Notes: generated from the sequence alone by a model not told the origin. A stretch of DNA of 64,000 nt from Candidatus Fermentithermobacillaceae bacterium (GCA_018052455.1 JAGPNE010000004.1:52882-116881); one strand, 5' to 3'; shown: positions 1 through 9,054, numbered from the stretch's first letter. Made by a program: numbers and translations.

Positions 1-287
1 CAGGGCTCGCAAGAGAATGCGAAGTGCAGGTGGCGTATGTAATAGGGGTAGCCGAGCCTGTCTCTGTCTACGTAGATACAAAAGGTACGGGCGTTGTGTC
101 CGACGATGCTATACTGGATGCAATCAAGAAGTGTTTTGATTTCAGACCTGAAGGCATCATTGAAAGATTTGATTTGAGGCGTCCCATCTACTCCCAGGTT
201 TCTGTGTATGGCCATTTCGGCAGAAGCGATCTAGACCTCCCATGGGAACGGCTAGACCTCAAAGATGAGATCCTAAGGCACGTATAG
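1..287 (+). CDS. metK: S-adenosylmethionine synthetase, C-terminal part (5' truncated by window edge)
   Basis: Frame open from base 3: [26 protein letters not shown]...[27 protein letters not shown], the MetK C-terminal signature. Confidence 0.95.
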   Translation, partial: GLARECEVQVAYVIGVAEPVSVYVDTKGTGVVSDDAILDAIKKCFDFRPEGIIERFDLRRPIYSQVSVYGHFGRSDLDLPWERLDLKDEILRHV

Positions 288-311
288 AGTCGGTCATTTA
301 CTGCAATGTGG

Positions 312-349
312 CTCCCTCTACAGGTCGTTACCTGCAGAGGGAGTTTTTA
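312..349 (+). terminator. Intrinsic terminator after metK
   Basis: ctccctct-a-cagg / cctg-c-agagggag stem (one mismatch) followed by ttttt. Confidence 0.8.
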
Positions 350-364
350 TTGTATCGGAATGTG

Positions 365-393
365 TTGCCTTAATCCGCTTTATGGCATAAACT
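365..393 (+). promoter_or_regulatory. Sigma-A-like promoter for the comF-flagellar operon
   Basis: TTGCCT-17 bp-TAAACT directly after the metK terminator. Confidence 0.45.
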
Positions 394-603
394 GATAATT
401 ACGGAAAAGCTTAGGAGTGGTTTTCGGTCAAAAAGCACCCTACGAATGAACAAAGGGGCATATTTCGCGTTGCAACTGCAGAAACTTGTAGAGTTCTGTC
501 GGGCGTTATCTACGGCGAACCGACTTACTGCTGCCTCTGCGGTAGACGCACTCTAGTTGGCGAGGGAGTATGTGAAATATGCAAGGAGTCTCTGAAACGC
601 CAA

Positions 604-1182
604 ATGGCCAATACCTGCAACGTATGTGGAATTCCTATTCCTCCACCTTTCAACCTATGTGAGACGTGCCGTAAGAATCTTTGCTATTTTGACGCAGGAA
701 AATCCGCAGGGATCTACGGAGGGCTCTTGAAAAATGCGATTGTAAGGATGAAGTACTACAAAGAGCGGTGGCTGTCCAGACCTTTGGGCAGATTGCTGTC
801 TGAAGCCGTAGTTTTCCAAGAGGAGATAGATATGCTTGTTCCCATACCGCTTGAGCCTTCAAGCATGCAGAAAAGAGGATACAATCAAGCAAAAGACCTC
901 GCGATCGAAGTTTCTAGTAAAATAAAGTTGCCTGTGTTCGATATTCTGATTAGAGAAGGTAAAAAAGATCGACAGGCCAAACTTAATCGAGTGAGCAGAT
1001 GGGAAAACTTGAGGGGCACAATGACTGTGAGGAGCGGATACCAGCTGATGGGTGCAACCGTAGTTCTGGTGGACGATGTAACAACAACTGGCGCTACCCT
1101 TGACGAAGGCGCAAGAGCCCTTAAGGAGGCCGGAGCCCAAAGGGTGCTTTGTGCCACCCTTGCACGAACTGCAAAGTACTGA
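604..1182 (+). CDS. comF: ComF/ComFC family phosphoribosyltransferase-like competence protein (true start probably upstream; frame open from 415)
   Basis: CxxC zinc-ribbon motifs, VPIPL..RGYNQA, VVLVDDVTTTGATL PRTase motif. Confidence 0.9.
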   Translation: MANTCNVCGIPIPPPFNLCETCRKNLCYFDAGKSAGIYGGLLKNAIVRMKYYKERWLSRPLGRLLSEAVVFQEEIDMLVPIPLEPSSMQKRGYNQAKDLAIEVSSKIKLPVFDILIREGKKDRQAKLNRVSRWENLRGTMTVRSGYQLMGATVVLVDDVTTTGATLDEGARALKEAGAQRVLCATLARTAKY

Positions 1183-1248
1183 CACCTGGTCGCTGCAAGC
1201 ATATTCTTAGGCAAAGACTAGTGAGTTTTTGAGGAAGAAGGGATCAAC

Positions 1249-1701
1249 TTGCCCATACAAAACTGCAAGAAGTGCGGAAAGCTCTTTGTCAGCTCAGGTC
1301 TTGCAATCTGCGAAGAATGCGTAGAGAAGGAAGATGAGCAGTTCCAAACCGTAAAGAGATATCTAGCGGAGAATCCCGGTTCTTCTGTAATAATGGTCAG
1401 TGAAGAAACTGGAGTCCCAGTTGAAACGGTCACTGAATTTATCCGTCAAGGGCGGTTGATGGGAATTGAGCCACACGGTACGGAGAGCGTGCTTGTGTGT
1501 GTCATATGCAAAAAACCTATTTCTTCTGGCAGGATATGCGATGAATGTCAGAAAGCGCTTTCAGGACGTTCTTATGATGGAACTGATAGAGAAAGTGATA
1601 AAATGAAAACAGAAGAACCCAGGTTGAGTTTTGGCGGGCAAAATGATAAGTTCGGTGAGCGCATGTACACTATTGATCTCATTCGAAAGAAAAAACAATA
1701 A
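1249..1701 (+). CDS. YvyF-like flagellar operon protein (zinc ribbon plus HTH)
   Basis: NCKKCGKLF...ICEEC, VKRYLAENPGSSV..VSEETGV, second CxxC pair; located between comF and flgM as in Bacillus. Confidence 0.8.
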   Translation: MPIQNCKKCGKLFVSSGLAICEECVEKEDEQFQTVKRYLAENPGSSVIMVSEETGVPVETVTEFIRQGRLMGIEPHGTESVLVCVICKKPISSGRICDECQKALSGRSYDGTDRESDKMKTEEPRLSFGGQNDKFGERMYTIDLIRKKKQ

Positions 1702-1718
1702 GTCCTGATAGGTATAGC

Positions 1719-1746
1719 TAAACGCAGTGTCCCAATTAATCGATGA
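1719..1746 (+). promoter_or_regulatory. Possible sigma-28/sigma-D promoter for flgM
   Basis: TAAA-16 bp-ATCGATGA versus consensus TAAA-N15/16-GCCGATAT. Confidence 0.35.
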
Positions 1747-1790
1747 TTAGTTGTGGACGGTGGCGCGACCCAAAGAGAGGCGATGTCAAG

Positions 1791-2090
1791 GTGATGATAT
1801 CCAAGATACAAGTGGATCAGGTGCTAAAGGTATATAAGACCAATAAGTCATTGGGCGCTCAATCGGCTGTTGAAAGTGTTTCCCACAACAACAGGCAAGA
1901 TGAAATCGGGCTTTCCTTTACAAAAGAGGATATTGAGAAGATAAAGGAACTTGTTAGAAAGATGCCTGATGTCCGCGAAGACTTGATTGCGCCGATTTCG
2001 AAGAAGGTCGAAAGTGGCGAGTATTCGGTCGAGTCCAATGCCATTGCCGAGAAGATGATGGGAAGACTTCTGGCCGATAAGATCAGGTGA
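1791..2090 (+). CDS. flgM: Anti-sigma-28 factor FlgM
   Basis: DEIGLS...MPDVREDLIAPISKKVESGEYSVESNAIAEKMM; start set at GTG 1791 after GAGAGG. Confidence 0.85.
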   Translation: MMISKIQVDQVLKVYKTNKSLGAQSAVESVSHNNRQDEIGLSFTKEDIEKIKELVRKMPDVREDLIAPISKKVESGEYSVESNAIAEKMMGRLLADKIR

Positions 2091-2148
2091 TGACTTGCCT
2101 CAAAATGTATGAGAGTTAAGCTCGCTACCGTCCCTTAAGGGGGCGGAT

Positions 2149-2574
2149 ATGGTGGAACAGAAATCTCTTGAAGTTGCTGGTCTGCTTAATCGGTTAGAAT
2201 TGGTCCTCGAACGGCTGATTGACTTGGCCAGAAAGAAGCAAGATTTTGTGATTGCCGGTGATTGCGGTGGACTGGAAAGAGTCCTAGCGGAGGAAGCAGC
2301 CGCCTTGGGGGACCTAGAATACTTAGAGAAACAATTTGGCGGTAGAGATGATTCATGCATTTTAGGGGATATTCTTAAAAGAGATGAATACCGCTCCGCA
2401 AAGACTTTCCTCACCGAGAAAGCCTCATTGCTCCGTAGCATCAACGATCAAAACCAAAGGCTAATATCTAAAAGCCTGGAAATCGTGAAATATGAACTAG
2501 GTTTGTTCTTGCCCAAAGACGACTATTTCAATACTTCTGAAATGGCGCCTATTGCTTTCGACCAAAAAGTCTAG
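2149..2574 (+). CDS. flgN: Flagellar export chaperone FlgN
   Basis: Helical protein with L..L...N..N..LI motif between flgM and flgK. Confidence 0.75.
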   Translation: MVEQKSLEVAGLLNRLELVLERLIDLARKKQDFVIAGDCGGLERVLAEEAAALGDLEYLEKQFGGRDDSCILGDILKRDEYRSAKTFLTEKASLLRSINDQNQRLISKSLEIVKYELGLFLPKDDYFNTSEMAPIAFDQKV

Positions 2575-2589
2575 CCGGAGGTGGCTTGT

Positions 2590-4011
2590 ATGCCTTCTAC
2601 GTTTACCGCTATTGAAATTGGGAAATCAGCTCTACTTGCCGCAAGACGTGCAATGGATACCACAGGGCACAATATAGCCAATGCTGCTACGCCAGGATAT
2701 TCGCGACAGCGGGTGGTACTTGAACCCATTATCCAGAGAATTGACATAAACTCAGGCACATCTGGACTTGGAGTCAAAGTAACTGACGTTAACCGTATAA
2801 GAGATCCGTTCATAGACGGGGTGTTGCGCAATGAGCAGGCAAAAGGAGCGAGTTTTGAAGCTCAGAAGGAGGTTCTTGACCATCTGCAGATAGTCTTTGC
2901 CGAACCCTCGGATTCGAGCATGAGGACGTTTGTAGATTCTTTCTGGGCGGCGTGGCATGATCTTGCATCAGAACCGCAATCCCAGGCAGCGAGGGCACAA
3001 CTCATGGAAACCGGCCGGTCCGTGGCAGATATGTTCAAACACCTAGGAAGCCAGATAGATTCTCTGGTCGGAGACATTGAAGGCGCCATAGATTCTACTA
3101 TAAACACGGTGAATCTTCTCAGCGACAAAATCTGTTCTTTGAACACCGAGATTTCAAGGGGATTATCCCGAAACGAGCCTGTCGGAGATCTAATGGATAG
3201 GCGAGACCTGCTTATAGATGAACTAACGCAGCTTACCGGTGCAACTGTGAGCTATCTGGACGAAGGTACCGTGAAAGTTAGCATCGGGGGAATAGCGCTT
3301 GTCGATAAGTACAAGTCGTATCCCATTTCAAGTTCAATAACTTCAGCGGGAGTTAAGTTTTTCGTAGTTACGGGCCCTGCAAGTAGCGACAAGATAGAAC
3401 TGAATTTGGTTTCTGGAACACTGGGAGGGCACAAAGCTGCAAGAGATGAAATCGCTCTCAAATTCAGGCAAGAACTCAATACTATTGCGACACAGTTTTT
3501 TGAAGGGATAAACAATATTCACCAGACAGATCCTACTACTGGGCAGGTAGATCCTTCATACATCAAGTTCTTCGAATTTACCGCTTCAGACGTCCTTTCA
3601 ACGATAAAAGTAAACGATGTAATAGTAAATGACCCGGCAAATATTCGGGCTTCTGCAGGAACGGATCCTTTGGATAGTACTATCGCCCACGCCATTGCTG
3701 ACTACATAGAGGGCACGCCTAACAGTTTCATTATTGATGACTCCGGCGGCAATTTTACAGAGAAATGGATGTCGATTGTGGGCAAGTTGGGAGTTGAGGG
3801 TCAGAAAGTAGAGATCGGGCATTCAACTCAGGAGCTACTAGTGAAGGAACTATCAAACAGGAAAGACTCGGTAAGCGGGGTGTCACGTGACGAGGAAATA
3901 ACCGAACTCATACGCGAGCAGCACGCTTTCAATGCGGCTAGCAGAGTCATAACCGTTGCGGATGAGATGCTCGATACGATAATTAACCGGATGGGAATGA
4001 GTGGCAGATAG
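2590..4011 (+). CDS. flgK: Flagellar hook-associated protein FlgK
   Basis: IGKSAL.A...AMDTTGHNIANAATPGYSRQ N-terminus, VSGVSRDEE...EQHAFNAASRVI C-terminus; ATG 2590 follows GGAGGTG. Confidence 0.95.
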   Translation: MPSTFTAIEIGKSALLAARRAMDTTGHNIANAATPGYSRQRVVLEPIIQRIDINSGTSGLGVKVTDVNRIRDPFIDGVLRNEQAKGASFEAQKEVLDHLQIVFAEPSDSSMRTFVDSFWAAWHDLASEPQSQAARAQLMETGRSVADMFKHLGSQIDSLVGDIEGAIDSTINTVNLLSDKICSLNTEISRGLSRNEPVGDLMDRRDLLIDELTQLTGATVSYLDEGTVKVSIGGIALVDKYKSYPISSSITSAGVKFFVVTGPASSDKIELNLVSGTLGGHKAARDEIALKFRQELNTIATQFFEGINNIHQTDPTTGQVDPSYIKFFEFTASDVLSTIKVNDVIVNDPANIRASAGTDPLDSTIAHAIADYIEGTPNSFIIDDSGGNFTEKWMSIVGKLGVEGQKVEIGHSTQELLVKELSNRKDSVSGVSRDEEITELIREQHAFNAASRVITVADEMLDTIINRMGMSGR

Positions 4012-4044
4012 TTTAGGATCCACAGGTAAAGGGGGCAGGTTTTT

Positions 4045-4854
4045 ATGCGAGTAACAGATCTCACCATTCAGCGGAACTTTCTTTACAACATATTCGGTGT
4101 CGAAAAGAGATTAGGAGAGCTTCAGGATATGGCTTCCTCAGGGAAATCTATTACTAGGCCTCAGGATGATCCGGTAGGTTCGGAGAAATCCATATCACTA
4201 AGACACGATCTTTGTGTGAACGACCAGTATCTACGCAATATCGATAAAGCCAAGACGTGGATGTCTCAAACAGAACAGGCGATGGCCCACGCAACGTCAG
4301 TGTTGTCGAGAGTACACGATCTGGCTCTTTATGGGGGAACCGGGACTACACCAGACGAGGCAAGGAATGCAATCGCCGCAGAGGTTAGTCAGCTTAAGGA
4401 AGAGTTATCTTCAGTATTCAATACTACAGTTGACGGTCGTAACCTTCTTTACGGAACTATGCCTGTGTGGAGGCTGGGTACGGACGTAACGCTAACATGC
4501 AAGGGAATCGAAGCAATTATGACTGACGTAAATGCCTACATGGATCAGTTGGAACAAGGACTACAGACTTCGAACGTAGATGATATCGCAGCTGCTGCCG
4601 AAGGGCTAGATCAGGCGTTGGACAAGGTGTTATCTCACAGGGCTGAAAATGGCGCAAAACTTCGAAGATTAGATACTTTGGAAGAAAAATCGAACGATAT
4701 GTATGTCGAGTACAAAAGGGTATTATCCAATGTGGAAGAGGTTGATCTCACTGAAGTAGTTGTAAAGCTCATGTCTCAGCAGATGGCTTACCAATCTGCG
4801 CTTGCCGTTGGGGCAAGGCTGATTCAACCTAGTCTCCTGGACTATCTGCAATAG
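4045..4854 (+). CDS. flgL: Flagellar hook-associated protein FlgL
   Basis: MRVT...SSGKSITRPQDDPVG; C-terminal EEVDLTEVVVKL..QQMAYQSALAVGARLIQPSLLDYL. Confidence 0.92.
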   Translation: MRVTDLTIQRNFLYNIFGVEKRLGELQDMASSGKSITRPQDDPVGSEKSISLRHDLCVNDQYLRNIDKAKTWMSQTEQAMAHATSVLSRVHDLALYGGTGTTPDEARNAIAAEVSQLKEELSSVFNTTVDGRNLLYGTMPVWRLGTDVTLTCKGIEAIMTDVNAYMDQLEQGLQTSNVDDIAAAAEGLDQALDKVLSHRAENGAKLRRLDTLEEKSNDMYVEYKRVLSNVEEVDLTEVVVKLMSQQMAYQSALAVGARLIQPSLLDYLQ

Positions 4855-4905
4855 GTTCTTGCTTGGTTCTGATAGGGTACGTCACGTTGGGCAGGAGGGA
4901 TTCAT

Positions 4906-5358
4906 GTGGAGTTTCCCACTAAACAGTTTGGAGTCATACATATAAGAGAAGACCAGGTCATAAACTTCCCAGAAGGTCTTATTGGCTTTCAATCATGCAA
5001 GAGGTTCTTTGTTTTCGACCTCGACGAATTTGGGGTTTTCAAATGGCTCCAGAACCTGGACGACGAGTCTTTGGGGTTCGTAATCCTAGACCCTAGACTC
5101 TTGTTTAAAGACTACGATCCCGAGTTTGTCGCAAGAGATCTAGAGATTCTGGAGGCTTCCAGCCCTGGGGATCTCGTACTCCTTTCGGTAGTTACTCTGC
5201 CGGAGGAGGTAAGAGATATGACCGTCAATCTGCAAGCACCTCTTGTGATAAACCCGTCGAAACGTCTAGGCCGGCAGGTAATAACCATTTCGCAGGAGTA
5301 TAGTACTAAGCACAACGTATTCGTGCATGTAAAGAATCTCATGAAGAGGACGGGCTAG
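4906..5358 (+). CDS. fliW: Flagellar assembly factor FliW
   Basis: T.QFG...I.FPEGLIGF, WLQ, DP, MTVNLQAPLVIN motifs. Confidence 0.93.
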   Translation: MEFPTKQFGVIHIREDQVINFPEGLIGFQSCKRFFVFDLDEFGVFKWLQNLDDESLGFVILDPRLLFKDYDPEFVARDLEILEASSPGDLVLLSVVTLPEEVRDMTVNLQAPLVINPSKRLGRQVITISQEYSTKHNVFVHVKNLMKRTG

Positions 5359-5360
5359 AT

Positions 5361-5615
5361 ATGCTTGTTCTATCAAGGAAGCAAGGCGAAGCAATACTGA
5401 TAGGTGACGACATTGTCATACGCGTTACAGAGATAAAAGGCAGAGGTTCTAAGGCGTTTGTTAAGCTGGGGATTGAAGCTCCGTCCGGAACCAAGATCTT
5501 GAGGGAAGAAGTAGAGATCGAGATTGCCACCGAGATGGCTTTAGCGAAAGATCCTGTTTTGGACTTGGAACGTCTGAAAAGCGAGTTTTTGAAAAGAGAA
5601 GATAAGGAAGAATAA
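5361..5615 (+). CDS. csrA: Carbon storage regulator CsrA
   Basis: MLVLSRKQGEAILIGDDI...VKLGIEAP...ILREE; adjacent to fliW. Confidence 0.93.
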   Translation: MLVLSRKQGEAILIGDDIVIRVTEIKGRGSKAFVKLGIEAPSGTKILREEVEIEIATEMALAKDPVLDLERLKSEFLKREDKEE

Positions 5616-5784
5616 GGCTAATCTCTTCTCCCCTACATACGATTACATTGTTGAAGGAACTATGAAAGAACTTCTAGACCTGAAACCTTCTTGCAACTTG
5701 TGTTTGCTGGGAACTAGGATTCGGGACAAAGATTCGGGCGATAGGGTTACCTGGGAACTATACAGGCATTTTGGGGGTGTAAGC

Positions 5785-7128
5785 ATGAGTTCTAAGATTA
5801 CGATGAATATGACCGGACTGGATACGCAGGAAATCATTGACCAGCTTATGAAAGTAGAAAGGCTGCCTCTGCAAAGACTGGAATCAAAGAAGGCAGCGGT
5901 TGCAGAAAAAAGAGCGGCGTGCAATGCCATAAAGACCAAAGTCGACTCGGTGATTTCAAGAATAAGTGCACTTACGACAAAGGGCATTTACAGCGCTAAG
6001 ACAACCAAAGTTAGCGAGCTGGGCGTTGTTTCCGGATCGGCATCCGAATCAGCCGCTGTGGGCCGATATGACGTCGAGGTTTTAGCCCTGGCCCGTTCCC
6101 ATGTCCTTCAATCCAGAGTTTTTTCCGAGGGTCCTGATGCTCCATTAGGAATTTCAGGGAGCCTAACGCTGACTCTTGGGGATTCAGACCCGTTTTCTAT
6201 TGACGTTGACGATACAGATACTCTTAACTCAATCGCCGAGAAGATAAACCAAAGCGGGGCGGGAATCAAGGCGTCTGTTCTGCAGGTTAGGCCCAACGAG
6301 TATTCTCTTGTCCTTACTGGTGAGTCTACGGGTAAAGAAATAAGTGTGGCTGAGGTTCTTGAAGGGGGAGCCTTCGAGATGTCGCAGGTAGTTTCTGCAT
6401 CGAAAGCTAGTTTCAAGATAAACGGTGTGACGTTTGAACGAGACTCCAATACGGTATCTGACGCGATTGAGGGACTTACACTTAATCTTTTAAAAACTGG
6501 TGCAACATCTGTGTCGGTAGCCTACAATGACGATGCACTTGTAAACGGGGTAAAGTCGTTTGTAGATGAATACAACTCTTTAATAGATCTCACTTCACGT
6601 TACAATTTCTGGGACAATGACACCAAGGCAAGCGGACTTCTTTTTGGAGATCCCTTGCTTCAGAGATTGCTTTCTGAAATTCAGAGCACCTTATTCGCGT
6701 CCATCAATCTCCCAGGGTTTAGGTTCGTAGGGCAGGTCGGCATAAGCACAGGCGCGATCGGTGCTTTTTCGCGGGACGGGAAGATTACTCTTGATGAATC
6801 AAAACTCAGAGAGGCACTTTCGAACGATAGGGATTCGGTTGCTTCTCTTTTCACTGAGGGAAGCTCGGGTTCTGACGGAGTGTTCAAGAAATTAGAAAGC
6901 ACGCTGCAGATGTACACTTCATACAACGGTTTTTTGCCACTGAAAGATGCTCAATTTGAGTCTGAGAACAAAGACATATCAAGGCAGATTGACAGACTCG
7001 AGAAGCGTTTAGACATGAAACTTGCCGGTCTTCAGAAGAAGTTTACAACGCTAGAGACATACTTGGCCAAGATGGAAACCCAGTCAATGTGGCTATCCCA
7101 GCAGATGCTATCTATGTTTAGCGTCTAG
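5785..7128 (+). CDS. fliD: Flagellar filament cap FliD
   Basis: MTGLDTQEIIDQLMKVER N-terminus, GLLFGDPLL, L.KKFTTLE..LAKM..Q C-terminus; ATG 5785 follows GGGGGTG. Confidence 0.93.
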   Translation: MSSKITMNMTGLDTQEIIDQLMKVERLPLQRLESKKAAVAEKRAACNAIKTKVDSVISRISALTTKGIYSAKTTKVSELGVVSGSASESAAVGRYDVEVLALARSHVLQSRVFSEGPDAPLGISGSLTLTLGDSDPFSIDVDDTDTLNSIAEKINQSGAGIKASVLQVRPNEYSLVLTGESTGKEISVAEVLEGGAFEMSQVVSASKASFKINGVTFERDSNTVSDAIEGLTLNLLKTGATSVSVAYNDDALVNGVKSFVDEYNSLIDLTSRYNFWDNDTKASGLLFGDPLLQRLLSEIQSTLFASINLPGFRFVGQVGISTGAIGAFSRDGKITLDESKLREALSNDRDSVASLFTEGSSGSDGVFKKLESTLQMYTSYNGFLPLKDAQFESENKDISRQIDRLEKRLDMKLAGLQKKFTTLETYLAKMETQSMWLSQQMLSMFSV

Positions 7129-7159
7129 AACGAGGCATAAGAAAGACAGGTGATGGGTT

Positions 7160-7555
7160 TTGGTAAATGCGGGATATGTGGGAAACAGAGATAAAGCTCT
7201 TGAAGCATACAGGCAATCGAAGGTAGAAACCGCTTCTCCGGCCGAGTTGGTACTTATGCTATACAATGGCTGTCTTAAATACATGCGAAACGCAGTACAA
7301 TGTATCAAATCTAAGGACTACAGCGGTGCAAATGAAAGCCTGATACATGCTCAGGATATCATTGATGAACTGAGAGTATCGCTGGACTTTAGTATGGGAG
7401 AGATAGCCGACAGCCTTGCTTCTGTGTACGACTTCGTCTATTCGTCGCTTGTAAGCGCAAACTTAAAAAAAGACGCAGAGCAGATACAAGACACGATTAC
7501 AGTCATGACAGAGATTAGAGATGGTTGGGAAGAAGCGATAAGAAGCCATGGTTAG
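7160..7555 (+). CDS. fliS: Flagellar export chaperone FliS
   Basis: AY.Q..VETASPAELVLMLYNG...AQDIIDELRVSLD...L..VYDF...RDGWEEA. Confidence 0.95.
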   Translation: MVNAGYVGNRDKALEAYRQSKVETASPAELVLMLYNGCLKYMRNAVQCIKSKDYSGANESLIHAQDIIDELRVSLDFSMGEIADSLASVYDFVYSSLVSANLKKDAEQIQDTITVMTEIRDGWEEAIRSHG

Positions 7556-7889
7556 AATGTTCAAAAATCTACTAACACTAACCCAGGAGGCAAAAAAGTT
7601 TGCCGAGGTGGGAGACTTTCAAAAACTTGGGAAGATAATCGCCCAAAGGGAAGATGTTCTCAAGAAAATAGATTCTTGCAGCAGTCTTCAGTTAAGTGCC
7701 GAAGACTCCGAGTTAGTAAAGGATATGATCCTTTCAGTAAACGAACTGGATAAGGAAATCGCGTTGCTTCTTCAACAAGAGATGGCTGACCTTAGCCAGG
7801 AGATTTCTGAGGTCATTACGCAACTTAAGGTTCTGTCAGCTTATTCTGCCGGTATCTCCTCTGGTGGAAGATTTGACACCACTCTTTAG
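7548..7889 (+). CDS. FliT-like flagellar chaperone
   Basis: 113-aa helical protein overlapping the fliS stop, at the fliD-fliS-fliT position. Confidence 0.55.
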   Translation: MVRMFKNLLTLTQEAKKFAEVGDFQKLGKIIAQREDVLKKIDSCSSLQLSAEDSELVKDMILSVNELDKEIALLLQQEMADLSQEISEVITQLKVLSAYSAGISSGGRFDTTL

Positions 7890-7893
7890 CCTG

Positions 7894-7925
7894 AAAATAA
7901 AAAAGCCCCGGTTGTAGACCGGGGC
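7894..7925 (-). terminator. Intrinsic terminator of the cold-shock gene
   Basis: gccccggt/accggggc 8-bp stem; the A-tract on its left is a U-tract on the minus strand. Confidence 0.8.
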
Positions 7926-7938
7926 GAGTTGGCTTTGC

Positions 7939-8142
7939 TTACTCAGAAATTTTAGTCACTTCTGCAGCTTGCAGCCCTTTAGGGCCTTCGACGATTTCGA
8001 ACTCTACAAGATCGCCTTCGTTAAGCGTACGAAACCCTTCAGATTTGATTGCCGAATAGTGCACGAACACATCTGGACCATCGTCACGTTGAATAAAACC
8101 GAAGCCTTTTTGCGCGTTGAACCATTTCACTGTACCTTGCAT
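7939..8142 (-). CDS. csp: Cold-shock protein (CspA family)
   Basis: [17 protein letters not shown]...DVFVHYSAI...GFRTLNEG. Confidence 0.97.
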   Translation of the reverse strand: MQGTVKWFNAQKGFGFIQRDDGPDVFVHYSAIKSEGFRTLNEGDLVEFEIVEGPKGLQAAEVTKISE

Positions 8143-8216
8143 TGTGGGACATTCCTCCTAATTCCCGACGATGGGTCCCAACCCAACGTCTTTTGGAGCT
8201 TTAAGCTCGTGTTGCG

Positions 8217-8245
8217 AATATAGCATGATACAGAGAAAGAGTCAA
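8217..8245 (-). promoter_or_regulatory. Sigma-A promoter of the csp gene
   Basis: Minus strand TTGACT-17 bp-TATATT with extended -10 TG. Confidence 0.7.
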
Positions 8246-8298
8246 CAAGTATTTTAGGTTTTCTTGTGAGGGGTTGGGGAAAACGGTATAGAGACGTC

Positions 8299-8371
8299 TG
8301 TGGATACTGTGGACAATTATGTTGATAACCACTTAAATGCTATTTAATATTGTGCACAGTTGTGTGGATTG
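8299..8371. promoter_or_regulatory. Cluster of five DnaA-box-like 9-mers
   Basis: TGTGGATAC 8299, TGTGGACAA 8308, TGTTGATAA 8320, TTGTGCACA 8350, TGTGGATTG 8363, around an AT-rich palindrome. Confidence 0.6.
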
Positions 8372-8538
8372 CAGGTTCACACGTGTATGGGTTTGGCGTA
8401 TTATTGAATTGCGATGGGAATGACCCATAAAGGTAAATTGAACAGACTCGGAGAAGTTATTGCGTAGTCAAGAGAGATCCTTGGTTTTTTGGTGACGCCC
8501 AAGGCAAAAGTAACGGTTACTTTGAGGAGGCATGCCAC

Positions 8539-9054
8539 ATGGAGATCAACGTAAGAGGTAAGAACATGAACGTAAGCCCCGCACTTCGGGAATATGCAGA
8601 GAAGAAATTGTCCAAACTGGAGAAATACGTGAGGCAGGATTCTTGTTTGTGCCAGGTGATGTTTTCAACTCAGCGGGGCAAGTATGTGGTTGAAGTTACG
8701 CTACCTCTGAATGGCATGATTTTGAGGGCGGAAGAGTCGGCTCAGGATGCGTTTGCCTCAGTAGATCTGGTTGTGGAGAAACTCGAGAGGCAGCTGGAGA
8801 AATACAAGACGAGACTGCTTAAGCGCGATAAGCAAGAGCAGCGATTGTCAGAGCCTGAGGAAGAACTCGAAACAGGACAGATTGTAAAGGTCAAGAGATT
8901 TGCTATGAAACCTATGATGCCTGAGGAAGCAGTAATGCAAATGGAGCTTCTAGGTCACGATTTCTTTGTTTTTGCAAACGGCGAAACAGGTTTGGTTAAC
9001 GTTATTTACAGACGCAAAGACGGCAACTTCGGTCTGATTGAACCTGAGATTTAG
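8539..9054 (+). CDS. hpf: Ribosome hibernation promoting factor (long HPF, YvyD type)
   Basis: MEINVRGKN...ALREYAEKKL, AEE...DAFASVDLVVEKLERQL.KYK, C-terminal KPM.PEEA..QMELLGHDFFVF. Confidence 0.95.
   Translation: MEINVRGKNMNVSPALREYAEKKLSKLEKYVRQDSCLCQVMFSTQRGKYVVEVTLPLNGMILRAEESAQDAFASVDLVVEKLERQLEKYKTRLLKRDKQEQRLSEPEEELETGQIVKVKRFAMKPMMPEEAVMQMELLGHDFFVFANGETGLVNVIYRRKDGNFGLIEPEI

Noticed and set aside
5662-5784. ORF-track N-terminal extensions (fliD, secA, cdaA, ctp, kinase and others)
   Set aside because: Downstream starts have clear SD sequences and match family N-termini
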